Part shown: piece after piece, positions 11,697 through 24,500 of the stretch
Layout of the letters: each line of letters starts with the position of its first letter
How positions within the stretch are numbered: position 1 is the first letter of the stretch
Assembly (NCBI RefSeq): GCF_006345805.1
Contig: NW_021834371.1
Coordinates: 1 to 49,522, forward strand
From: Octopus sinensis
Taxonomy: Eukaryota
Direction of reading: 5' to 3'
Length of the DNA: 49,522 bases
The notes under the pieces: generated by a model
Seen by the model: only the letters and a program-made list of their open reading frames with translations
Databases searched by the model: none
Told to the model about the DNA's origin: nothing
Translations under genes and position numbers: made by a program

Positions 11697-13881
11697 CGGG
11701 AGCATTCCTGGTTTTGTGAGCCGAGGAGCCGTAACACTGCTGAAGAAAGATCTAAACAAGGGAAATGTAATAGATAACTTTAGGCCCATCACTCTGCTTA
11801 ATGCAGACTTGAAAATTGGCCAAGGTGCTAGCCAAGAGGTGGCGCTTGTCATCGAGGAAACTGGTCGACAAGGCGCAAACATGCGCCGTGCCAGGCCGGA
11901 CCATCCATGACAACCTCCATCTGATGCGCTACATCATAGACAGGGTAGTTAACGAACCTGGCATGGGTGGGGCCCTGATCAACTTGGATCAATCAAAAGC
12001 CTTTGATAGGGTAGACCATCGATACTTGGAGGCAGTCCTGAGAGGGCTGGTTTCGGTCCCCGTCTCCGCGGCTGGATAGCTGCCTTGTACAGAGGCATCC
12101 GTTCGGTAATTCGCGTAAATGGACATCTATCGAGACCTTTCGACATTGCACGTTCGGTCCGTCAGGGATGCCCCCTCTCGGCGCTTCTATACGTATTGAC
12201 TCTTGAGCCACTACTGCGGAAGCTGGCGACTCTAAGGGCATCCCGCGAGAATTGGGAGCGGGACGAGCGTGTCTGCATACGCGGACGACGTCACCGTCAT
12301 AGTGTCTAGCCACGAGCACATCGAGCTGGTCGGCGAGACACTGAAAAACTACGAAGCGTTGACAGGAGCGAAAATCAACGGGAAAAGTCAGTGGGCTTGC
12401 GACTAGGCACCTGGAGAAGCAAGCCCATGCCGTCCACCAGCGCCTCCGTCGGGGACGCTGGACCGACGGCCCGGTTGAGTTGCTCGGGGTCTGGTTTGGT
12501 CCGGACCTCCAAGTGGAGAAGAACTGGAACGAGATAACGAGTAGGGTGGTCACTCTCGCCCGGCAAGGGCCGAGAGGAAAACTGTCCCTAAAAGGTCGAG
12601 CGGAGGTGGCGAACACGTACATCGCGTCCGTCATCTACTACCGCTGACCGTAGTACCTTGTCCCGACCCTACCATCACCAAACTACAACGCATCCTCTTT
12701 CGCTTCTTGTGGAAAGGATGCGTCCCGATGGTCAGGCGATCCATTTGCTGTCAACACCCGTTAAAAGGAGGGCTGGGCATGCCGTGGTTGATGATGCGCA
12801 GACACGCGCTGAGACTGCGACATCTCTGGCTCTATGTAGACGACGGTGAACAGGTGTGGTCGCCGTTTGTAGGCACGCTTTCCCGCAGCTCGTCTCCATG
12901 ACCGAACTGCAGTCGTGGATCAAAAGAGGCCGAGGAAGGGCGAATGGCACCGCGAGTGTCGCGTTGCTCTCAAGCAACTCTGCCGTCCTGGGTCGACCTT
13001 AAGTGACTTCAACACAACCAAAGCATTCTATAGGGGTTTAGTGGAGGGGAGGACGACGACGACGAGCTCGGGGCGGAACCTGGAGTCGACGAGGAGAGTA
13101 CCTGACCCGCCTGTCGGGACGACTTTCGGGCCAGGCCCATGGACAACTTCCAGAGATCCCTGGCCTGGCAGTGCTACCGAGAAGCGCTACCCGTTCGGGA
13201 TAAGCTCTACAGACACGGCTCGAGAAACACGGGGCCGACCTGCCCGAGATGCGGTCAGAGCGACGAAACCGTTCTGCACGCACTCGTTCAGTGTCCAACA
13301 ATTCCGACTGTGGGCTTATGTCGAACAACTGCTGTCACGTGTGGGACGAGTCGGTTTATCAGCTGAGTCTATCGTCAATATTGTCAACGCCTCCTTCCTT
13401 CAAACGGGAAGGAAGAGCTATTTTCATCATCTTGTGGCTATGGCGAAAGAATGTATCTGGTGGACGCGTCTGAAAGGATTGGAGACAAACACTTTCCTCT
13501 CTGGTCAATCTCTCACCAACTTCTTCAAGACCACTGAAAAGGAAAGTGAGAGTAGAGAGGCAAGTTTTGTCTAGCGAATGTTTTAAAAAAAGATGGGTGA
13601 ATGTAGCAAGAATGGCACGTATGAATGACGAAGCCACCTTGAGCATAGTCCTATGAACCCAGAAATCGAAAATAGAGAGTTGCTTATTTGCAAAAAAAAA
13701 AAAAAAAAAAAAAAGAATATAAAAATGTGACTTCATTGACCGAGGTTACCGTGTTCTTTCCGCAGGCTTTTCTTTCCACGGGTAAACCTCACCTGTCCTC
13801 CCCTTACACTTCATATTGACATTTCTGTGATAACGATCCCTATTGATCATTTTTTTTTCCTCTCCCCCCCCTTTTTTTTTT

Positions 13882-13915
<34 letters not shown>

Positions 13916-14068
13916 CCCCTTATTTTTGTCCTCTTTCTCTCCTTTTACGATCCCTTTTGATCGAACCCCCCCCTTCCTTTTTTTTTTTTTTTTTTAATAC
14001 CTTCAAAAGAAAGCTCTACCTTGTAATTTGTTCTATCTGTGTGCAGCCCTGTGGCTAATAAAGAAACA
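11697..14068 (+). mobile_element. 5'-truncated Tx1/L1-clade LINE (RT to 3' end), frameshifted
   Basis: RT motifs NFRPITLLNADLKI, AQTCAVPGRTIHDN, INLDQSKAFDRVDH, VRQGCPLSALLY, gcatacgcggacgacgtc (AYADDV), and C-terminal CPRCGQSDETVLHALVQC, spread across frames; ends cagccctgtggctaataaagaaa then (TATC)n. Confidence 0.92.
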
Positions 14069-14099
<31 letters not shown>

Positions 14100-14102
14100 T
14101 TG

Positions 14103-14145
<43 letters not shown>

Positions 14146-14634
14146 GTCTGTCTGTCTGCTGTGTATGTCTGTCTGTCAATCTCTCTTGCCCCTTCTCTCT
14201 CTCCCTATCTCCACACACATATACATTTTCATACATACATACATATACTTATATATATATATATTATATATATATATATATTATATATATATATATATAT
14301 ATGCATATACCTTTCTGTGTCTGAGTATATATATATTATATATATATACATACATATATGTACAATATATATATATAAAAACATATCTTCTACCTGTCTA
14401 TCTATACATACATACATATATACATATACATATATACATACATACATACATACATACATACATACATACATACATACATACATACATACGTACATACACA
14501 CACACACACACATATACGTGTTGTTGGGATTTCTGTTTGAGAGTGTAAACAGTTCCGACACACTTTTCTAGGAAGCATATTTTTATTGTTTAAAGAAGTC
14601 GGTGGATGAATCACGCACGCACACACGCATACGC

Positions 14635-14688
<54 letters not shown>

Positions 14689-14689
14689 G

Positions 14690-14720
<31 letters not shown>

Positions 14721-14976
14721 GCACGACCAGCTCCACAAATATTTGCAGTTTAGTATCAATTGATTTAAAAGACCAATAAGAGATAATTGGCCCTAGGGAA
14801 GAAAACTAATTGGATATAGGCCTCGCTGTTAATTGGTGGTGCATATATGTGTCTAGGTGACTATGCTATGGATACACATGTGTTTGTGTGTATAAACCCA
14901 CACAACACACATATATATATATATATATACATATATATCTTTATGATACATATATATATACATATATATATACATA

Positions 14977-15044
<68 letters not shown>

Positions 15045-15208
15045 TATATGTATATATATATATATATATAACACTAATATGTATATATATATATATATAT
15101 GTATATACATACATTCATATATATTTCTATATATATATATGTATCATGTGCAGTATCATATATATATGAATGTATATGTATTATATATATATCTATATAC
15201 ATATATAT

Positions 15209-15271
<63 letters not shown>

Positions 15272-15580
15272 TAATATATAGGCATGTATATGCATGTATA
15301 TATAAATACAGAGACATGTATATGTATATATGTATGCATATGTGTGTAGTATATGTGTATATTTAAGCATATCTATGTATACACATTGGTATTATATATA
15401 TATTATATATATATTTGTGTATATATATATATATTATATGTAGAAAAATACAAACTGGGACAAGAACATAAAACATTTAGAAGACGATATATATATATAT
15501 ATATATATAAGGGAGATAGTGAGAGAGAGAGAGAGTGAGTGAGAGAGAGAGTGAGAGAGAGAGACAGAGAGGGAGAGAGA
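14069..15580. repeat. Cluster of (TATC)n, (TA)n, (TACA)n, (CA)n and (GA)n microsatellites with short unique spacers
   Basis: Direct reading. Confidence 0.9.
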
Positions 15581-15944
15581 CATATATGCATACATGGATG
15601 CACATAGATGCACATATATATGTATGCGTATATTCTATACACGCATACATTTCATAGACATACGCACTACTTCTGCCTCTCTCCTTGTGGCTGTCTCACA
15701 CTTTCCTTATCCTTCTCGCCACCCCTACAGACATAAATACACACACAAACACATACACATGTGCGCGCACATACGCACACACACGAGTACACATTTATTT
15801 ATGGATAGGAAGGAATACAGGCACATAGATAAGTATCAAGTGGCGTAGTCACCACGGAATATAAATTCCTAAATTTAGCAGAGCTTTTATAACCGTGAGA
15901 ATATTATCTGATTAATTGTGGTGGAGTTACAGTTGCATGCATAG

Positions 15945-16460
15945 CTAGATGGATGAAGAGCTAGACAGATGGCTATGGAAGCGGCTACATGGACTGATGT
16001 CTGTTTATATTGAGAGATGGTTCAGATAGATAGATCGATGGATCGATTGATAGATAGACAGAGAAATAGATAGATGGATGGATGGATGGGTGGACAGATA
16101 GATAGATAAATAGATAGATAGATTGATAGATAGATAGACAGATGTTGGATAGACAAACAGACAGACAGATAGATAGATAGATGGTTGGATGGACAGACAG
16201 ACAGATAAGTAGCCAGATGGTTGGATGGACAGATAGCTAGCTAGCCAGATGGTTGGATGGACAGATAGATAGATAGATCGATTGATAGATATATGGAAAA
16301 ACAGGCAGATAGATAGACAGATAGATAGAGTGATAGACATTTGGTTGGATGGACATATAGATAGATAGATCGATAGAAAGATGGTTGGATGGACAAACAG
16401 GCAGATAGATAGACAGATAGATAGATTGATAGACAGATGGTTGTATGGACAGATAAATAA
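15945..16460. repeat. Degenerate (GATA)n/(GATG)n/(GACA)n tract
   Basis: Direct reading; reads (TATC)n-like on the minus strand, abutting the Tx1 3' end. Confidence 0.9.
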
Positions 16461-17878
16461 ATTTCTTTTATTGACCACACAGGGCTAAACACAGGGGAAA
16501 AATACAACTGTAGAATTTTTCTTTTCCGAAAATGGGTATTCGGAGTATTCAAAATGATCGAAAAACGATTTGGGACGTGTATATGCAAAAATTTTATTTT
16601 ACATAGTCGAGATCCCCCAAAGAGGGACAAAAAAAAAAAAAAGGAACAATAAGTTAATACTGGAAAGAAAAGCCTACGGAAAAGAACCACGATAACCTGG
16701 GTCATATAAAAAACATGAGAGCAAGGTGCTCTTTCCCCTTTTCTTTTCTTATATGTTCATGCTCAAAGTAGGTCCGTCATTCATGTGAAATCTTGCCGAG
16801 ACAAAACTTCCCTCTCTATTCTCACCTTCCTTCTCAAGTAGTACTTGAAAAAGTTGATGAGAGATTGGCCAGAGAGGGAAGTGTTTGTCTCTAAACCTTT
16901 CAAACGAGTCCACTATATACATTCTTTCGCTATAGCCACCAGTACGATAAAAACTGCCTTGATTTTCCGCTTAACGGAAGGTGGCGGGGCAATATTTACG
17001 ATAGACTCGGCTGATAGCCGGACACGTCCCACACGTTGACAGCAGCCGTTCGACATAGGCCCACAGCTCTGAAATATTTGTACACTGCACGAGTACGTTC
17101 AGAACGGTTTCATTGTTCTGATCACATCTCGGGTAGGTTGGACCGGTGTTTCTTGATCCGTGTCTGTAGGCCTCTCCGATAGCATTGCCAGGCCAGGGAT
17201 CTCTGGAGATTGTCCATGGATCCCGGCCCGAAAGTTGTCCTGAAAAGGCGAGTCAGGTGTCCCTCGCCGACGCCAAGATTCTTCCCAAGAACGCCGTCAC
17301 ACCTACCCTCCACTAACCCTCTATAGAACGCTTTTGTTGAACTCAAACCAGCCAAGTTTGAATCCGGTTAGCAGAGTTACCGCAGCGCTTGCCGACACTC
17401 GAGGTGCCATGCGCCCATCCTTGGTCTTTGCTTGATCCAGGAAAGTAACTTGCTAAATGAAACGAGTTGCGGAAAAGCCTGTCTGACAAACGGTGACCAC
17501 ACATCCTTTATGAACAGCTAGAGATGCCGCAGTCTCAGTGCATGTCTGCGCATCATTAACCACGGCATACACAACCCTCCATTTAGCGGATGTTAGACAG
17601 CAAATGGATCGCCTAACCATCGGAACTCTTCCCCGTCACAAAAAGCGCAAGAACAATCGTTCTAGTTTCCCGATGGTTGAATCGGGACAAGGTACGACGG
17701 TCAGACGGTAATCGATGATGGATGCGATATAAGCATTTGCCACCTCAGCCCGTCTGTTCAGAGATGGTTTTCTCTCGGCCTATATCTGGGTCAGAGTCAC
17801 TACCCTGATCGTTACTTCGTCCCTGTTCTTCTCCACTTGGAGGTCTGGACCGAACCAGACTCCGAGCAATTTAACCGG
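16461..17878 (-). mobile_element. 5'-truncated Tx1/L1-clade LINE, more decayed
   Basis: Reverse complement homologous to 12480-14068 (LVEGRCDG..FRTTFGPG..LQRSLAWQCY); 3' end ttttcccctgtgtttagccctgtgtggtcaataaaaagaaat. Confidence 0.88.
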
Positions 17879-18189
17879 TATTTGTGTCAAGCCGCTACAG
17901 TTTGACAACTAATGTCATTTGGAAAAGAGACCGACAGAGTAAGTACAAAACATCCTTTCATCACTGTATTTATCAATTTATCAAACCAAACAACAATCCC
18001 TAAACAAATATATATACATACATATATAAGTACTCGCGTCGACTCGTTCGATTAAATCTTTCGAGGTGGAGCCCCTACAAGGCCGTATGTATCTATCTAT
18101 CTATACTTTATTTAAATAAAGCATATTACTCTACCTCTGGTATTTGAGTACGCAGATGTAGTGCGTGTTACAAACCATCAACATGTTAT

Positions 18190-21100
18190 TGAAAGGGCAG
18201 CTGCTGAACAAGAATCTTTTGTGCAGGCGCAAAGATTGTACAGCAGCTAACCTGGCTCCATCAAACGCAAACTCACAGATGGGACTATCCACAATACACA
18301 AGACCACACACAGCAAATAGACCCAAGGTGGACACACTGGCAAAACACACACATCACCTCGATGCTCCTACTGAACATCAGAGGACTGCTAACACTCAGT
18401 AACAGGACAAAAATCCCTTCTTGAGAGACCTTGTTGCATGCAATCAAGCCTTATGCATAGCACTTACGGAAACAACCTGAAACCGGATATAGCAGATGCG
18501 GAAATACACATACCACAGTATGTTGTATTACGGACCGACAGAAAGAAAGAAAGGAGTCATGGTGGAGTTGCTATGTACATCCGCGAGGAGCTCCACACCC
18601 CAGGTCCTTTTGTCATACTCAAATTCGGTGTGTGACACACTAATTGTACATATAAGGCAACTCGGTGTAGTATATGTGCTACATGTCGCTCTCCAGATGC
18701 TCCAAGTCATATAGGCAAGTTTGAAGACTGCCTTACAAAAATAGAAGTTATAGTCACATTAGAACAACACATAAGTGTACTTCTTATGGGAGACTTCAAT
18801 CTGCTTAATATAAGATGGCCCGAGGGCCTTTCTCTCCCAGGAATGACACGATGCGAACGAGTACAGGCAAGGTCCCTCCTGAACATCATCAACACTCTGT
18901 ACATGGAGCAAATAATACTCCAACCAGCCAGGGCAGATAATATACTGGATCTCTGCTTCACAAATAATATGGATCTCACCCATAATGTGAAAGTGATACC
19001 GACACTACTCTCGGATCACAACATGGTAGAGCTGACCATGTACGGGCCAAAGGAAAGCATGGACATGCAACCTACAAGAAACTCTCAGAATCTTTCCAGC
19101 TTGAACTTCCATAAGGCAAACTGGAAACAAATTGAGAAAGAGATCCTCAAACAAAACTGGCAATACATGTCTCTCCTCACCAGACAACGACATGAAACTT
19201 CAACAATTCATGTCTGTAATGCAAGCCATATGCTACAAATGTGTCCCAGAGAGAAAGGCCACTGTATACAAGAACAAAATCCCCAGAGAGAGGAAAATTC
19301 TTATAAGACGGCGTACAAAAGTTTCAAATCGCCTTAACAAACAAAAAGAAAGCAGTGAAAAGTCCCGCCTAAAAATAAAACTGCTGGAAATTGAAAAATG
19401 TCTGCAACTCTCCCATGAAAAAGAAAGAGCAGACAAAGAAGCCTGGGCTATAGACAGCATAAAATCTAACCCCAGAGCTTTCTACAAGTTTGCCAAAGAA
19501 ACAGCTACGGTGCACTGTAGGATAGGGCCACTCCTTGAAAAAGATGGTACACTCACAGGAATCCAATGAGGATAAGTGAAATACTAAATGAGCAATTCAA
19601 AAGTATTTTCACTCCACCCCTAGGGTATTTTCAAGTCAGCAATCCAACTGATTTCTTTACCACTGCAGATATAAAATCAGATTACATCAATATAAAGGAA
19701 GACGATGTAATAAGGGCTATAGATGAAATGAACCCAAACTCAGCTACTGGCCCCGATGGATTCCCAGCAATCCTTCTAAAAGTATGTAAGAGAGTCCTAG
19801 CAAGACCATTGCAGTTCCTCTTTCAGAGCTCCCTTGCAACTGGAAAACTTCCAAGAAAACTGAAGGAGGGTGAAATATGCCCTATTCATAAAGGAGGTAG
19901 CAGAGCGGAGGCCAAGAACTACAGACCTATCTCTCTGACCTCACACATCAGCAAGGTCATGGAACGAATAGTCAGAAGGAAACTAATCGCCTTCCTTGAA
20001 GAAAATAACTTGCTGCCTGACACCCAACATGGTTTCCGACCAGGAAGAAGCTGCCTAACTCAGCTCCTACAACACTATGACTGGGTGCTGAAACAACTGC
20101 TCAACCACACAAATGTGGAAGTGATATATCTCGACTTTGCAAAGGCTTTTGATAAAGTCGATCATGGAATGATATGTCACAAACTGCGTGAACTTGGCAT
20201 AGTTGGAAAATTGGGAGAATGGCTTCATGACTCTGAAGGATAGAAGTCAGGTGGTAGTAGCTAATGGGGCCACCTCCAGTAACACGCAAATAGTGAGCAG
20301 TGTTCTGCAAGGCACTGTTTTGGAACCACTGCTGTTCATAATGGTCCTCTCAGACATGCCCTCAGCCACGCAGAGAGCCACGATCACAAGTTATGCAGAT
20401 GATACAAAAGTTTCGCAGGTAATACAGAACCCTGAAGACACTATGCACCTGCAATGTGACCTGGACAAAATATACAAGTGGGCTGAAAAGAATAGCATGC
20501 AGTTCAATGCTGAAAAGTTTCAAGCTTTATGCTATCAGCATGCAAAACTAAATGCAATACCCAATAAATACACTTGACCTGGAGGGATTGCGATCCCAGA
20601 GGCACAATCAGTGCGAGACCTGAGTAATGATGCAACCTTTCATGTGCATGTTGCTAAATTGGCAATATGTAGGCGGCTGACCGGATGGATTCTTAAACAT
20701 TTTAGAACAAGAGACCAGGAAACCATGATGGTCCTCTGGAGGACACATGTCCTAAGCAATTTTGACTATTGCTCTCAGCTATGGTCACTATCCAGTGTCA
20801 AATTAATCACAGAACTTGAGGCGATCCAACGAAGCTACACGAAGAAAATAGCCTCTGTGCAGCATACAAACTATTGGGAAAGACTCAAGAGATTAAGACT
20901 CTATTCCTTAGAGCGTAGGCGAGAAAGATAAGCCATAATATACATCTGGAAGATCCTGGAAGGACTTGTCACAAAATTTGGCATCGAGAGTTACACAAAT
21001 ACTAGAACTGGGCGCCACTGCATAGTGCCAAGAACTCCATATTTGCCATCAAGATGTAGGACAAGATAGTGTGATAGCCTGGGCTTCAGAGGTCCACAGC

Positions 21101-21400
21101 TCTTCAATATCCTCCCGAAGGACTTGATAGACCTGCATGGGGTGGATGCAGATGTTTTAAAAATAAAACTGGATCTCTTCCTGTCAGGTGTCCTAGATGA
21201 ATCAACTTCACGGCAGGAGGTGCAGATAAGGGCAGCTGCATCAAAACCTCTAATACACCAAATAGCAATTGCTAAAAAGCATTCGGGAAGTAAAATCATG
21301 TAGCAACACAAAAAGGCGATGCCCCAGCATGGCCACAGTTCATGAGCTGAAACTAGATAAAAATAAAAATAAAATAAATAAAAATACATATATATAAAAA
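18190..21400 (+). mobile_element. CR1-group LINE, nearly complete ORF2 (APE endonuclease plus RT), disrupted
   Basis: APE: LLNIRGL (~18370), RTDRKKERSHGGVAMY, MGDFNL, ILDLCFTN, SDHNMV; RT: TGPDGFP, NYRPISLTS, QHGFRPGRS, YLDFAKAFDKVDH, QGTVLEP, YADDTK; several frameshifts; 3' end ccagcatggccacag...ctgaaactag(ATAAAA)n. The 5' boundary is approximate. Confidence 0.92.
19566..20931 (+). pseudogene. Reverse transcriptase domain of the CR1-group LINE, split over three ORFs
   Basis: ORFs 19566..20243, 20203..20577 and 20611..20931 carry consecutive RT motifs. Confidence 0.9.
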
Positions 21401-21509
21401 CACACACAAACAAACACAAACACAAAAACATACGTATAAATATAAATAAGCAAAAGAGTATCAAGTAGAAATGCAGTGCGATAGTTGAAAACGGCAAAAC
21501 TTAATTGAA

Positions 21510-24500
21510 CCGAGGAAGTGAAGGAAGGAATGTATAAGATTCCAGAGAGGGAGATTTGAGAGGTGAAGGGGAGGAAGGGGAGGAAGGGGAGGAAGGGGAG
21601 GAAGGAATGTTAACATTCCAGAGAGGGGGATTTGAGAGGTGAAGGGGAGGAAGGGCAGGAAGGAATGTTTAACATTCCAGAGAGGGGGATTTGAGAGGTG
21701 AAGGGGAGGAAGGGCAGGAAGGAATGTATAAGATTCCAGAGAGGGAGATTTGAGAGGTGAAGGGGAGGAAGGGGAGGAAGGGGAGGAAGGGGAGGAAGGA
21801 ATGTTTAACATTCCAGAGAGGGGGATTTGAGAGGTGAAGGGGAGGAAGGGCAGGAAGGAATGTTTAACATTCCAGAGAGGGGGATTTGAGAGGTGAAGGG
21901 GAGGAAGGGCAGAAGGAAGGAATGTATAAGATTCCAGAGAGGGAGATTTGAGAGGTGAAGGGGAGGAAGGGGAGGAAGGGGAGGAAGGGCAGGAAGGAAG
22001 TTAACATTCCAGAGAGGGGGATTTGAGAGGTGAAGGGGAGGAAGGGCAGGAAGGAATGTTTACATTCCAGAGAGGGGGATTTGAGAGGTGAAGGGGAGGA
22101 AGGGCAGGAAGGAATGTATAAGATTCCAGAGAGGGGGATTTGAGAGGTGAAGGGGAGGAAGGGGAGGAAGGAATGTTTAACATTCCAGAGAGGGGGATTT
22201 GAGAGGTGAAGGGGGAGGAAGGGCAGGAAGGAAGGAATGTATAAGATTCCAGAGAGGGGGGTGGTTTGAGAGGTGAAGGGGAGGAAGGGGAGGAAGGAAT
22301 GTTTAACATTCCAGAGAGGGGGATTTGAGAGGTGAAGGGGAGGAAGGGGAGGAAGGAATGTTGAACATTCCAGAGAGGGGTATTTGAGAGGTGAAGGGGA
22401 GGAAGGGGAGGAGGGAATGTTGAAGATTTCAGAGAGGGAGATTTGAGAGGTGAAGGGGAGGAAGGGGAGGAAGGAATGTTGAACATTCCAGAGAGGGGGA
22501 TTTGAGAGGTGAAGGGGAGGAAGGGGAGGAGGGAATGTTGAACATTCCAGAGAGGGGGATTTGAGAGGTGATGGGGAGGAAGGGGAGGAGGGAATGTTGA
22601 ACATTTCAGAGAGGGAGATTTGAGAGGTAAAGGGAAGGAGGGGGAGGAGGGAATGTTGAAAATTTCAGAGAGGGAGATTTGAGAGGTAAAGGGGAGGAGG
22701 GGGAGGAAGGAAGAATTTTAACATCCCAGGGAGGGGGATTTGAAGGTGAAGGGGAGGAAGGGGAGGAAGGAATGTTGAACATTCCAGAGAGGGGTATTGA
22801 GAGGTGAAGGGGAGGAAGGGGAGGAAGGATGTTGAACATTCAAGAGAGGGGGATTTTGAGAGTGATGGGGAGGAAGGGGGGAGGAGGGAATGTTGAACAT
22901 TTCAGAGAGGGAGATTTGAGAGGTGATGGGGGGAAGGAAGGGGAGGAGGGAATGTTGAACAATTCCAGAGAGATGGATTTGAGAGGTGATGGGGAGGAAG
23001 GGGAGGAGGGAATGTTGAACATTTCAGAGAGGGGGATTTGAGAGAAAGGGGAAAGGTAGGAGGGGGAGGAGGGAATGTTGAACATTTCAGAGAGGGAGAT
23101 TTGAGAGGTAAAGGGGAGTAGGGGGACGAAGGATTGTTAAACATTCCAGAAAGGGGGATTTGAGAGGTGAGGGGAGGAAGGGGAGGAAGAATGTTGAACA
23201 TTCCAGAGGGGGGATTTGAGAGGTGAAGGGGAAGAAGGGGAGGAGGGAATGTTGAACATTCCAGAGAGGGGGATTTTGAGAGTGATGGGGAGGAAGGGGA
23301 GGAGGGAATGTTGAACATTTCAGAGAGGGAGATTTGAGAGGTAAAGGGGAGGAGGGGGAGGAAGGAATATTAACATCCCAGGGAGGGGGATTTGAGAGGT
23401 GAAGGGGAGGAAGGGGAGGAAGGAATGTTGAACATTCCAGAGAGGGGTATTGAGAGGTGAAGGGGAGGAAGGGGAGGAAGGATGTTGAACATTCAAGAGA
23501 GGGGGATTTGAGAGTGATGGGGAGGAAGGGGGAGGAGGGAATGTTGAACATTTCAGAGAGGGAGATTTGAGAGGTGATGGGGGGAAGGAAGGGGAGGAGG
23601 GAATGTTGAACAATTCCAGAGAGATGGATTTGAGAGGTGATGGGGAGGAAGGGGAGGAGGGAATGTTGAACATTTCAGAGAGGGGATTTGAGAGAAAGGG
23701 GAAAGGTAGGAGGGGGAGGAGGGAATGTTGAACATTTCAGAGAGGGAGATTTGAGAGGTAAAGGGGAGTAGGGGGACGAAGGATTGTTAAACATTCCAGA
23801 AAGGGGGATTTGAGAGGTGAGGGGAGGAAGGGGAGGAAGAATGTTGAACATTCCAGAGGGGGATTTGAGAGGTGAAGGGGAAGAAGGGGAGGAGGGAATG
23901 TTGAACATTCCAGAGAGGGGGATTTGAGAGGTGATGGGGAGGAAGGGGAGGAGGGAATGTTGAACATTTCAGAGAGGGAGATTTGAGAGGTAAAGGGGGG
24001 AGGGGGAGGAAGGAATATTTAACATCCCAGGGAGGGGGATTTGAGAGGTGAAGGGGAGGAAGATTTGAGAGGTGAAGGGGAGGAAGGGGAAGAAAGAATG
24101 TTGAACATTCCAGAGAGGGGGATTTGAGAGGTGAAGGGGAGGAAGGGAAGGAAGGAATGTTGAACATTCCAGAAAGGGGGATCTGAGCGGTGAAGGGGAG
24201 GAAGGGAAGAAAGGAATGTTGAACATTCCAGAGAGGGGGATTTGAGAGGTGAAGTGGAGGAAGGGGAGTAAGGGGAGGAAGGAATGTTGAACATTCACGA
24301 GAGAAGGATTTGAAAGGTGAAGGGGAGGAAGGGAAGAAAGGAATGTTGAACATTCCAGAGAGGGGGAATTGAGAGGTGAAGGGGAGGAAGGGGAGGAAGG
24401 AATGTTGAACATTCCAGAGAGGGGGATTTGAGAGGTGAAGGGGAGGAAGGGGAGGAGGGAATGTTGAACATTCCAGAGAGGGGGATTTGAGAGGGATGGG

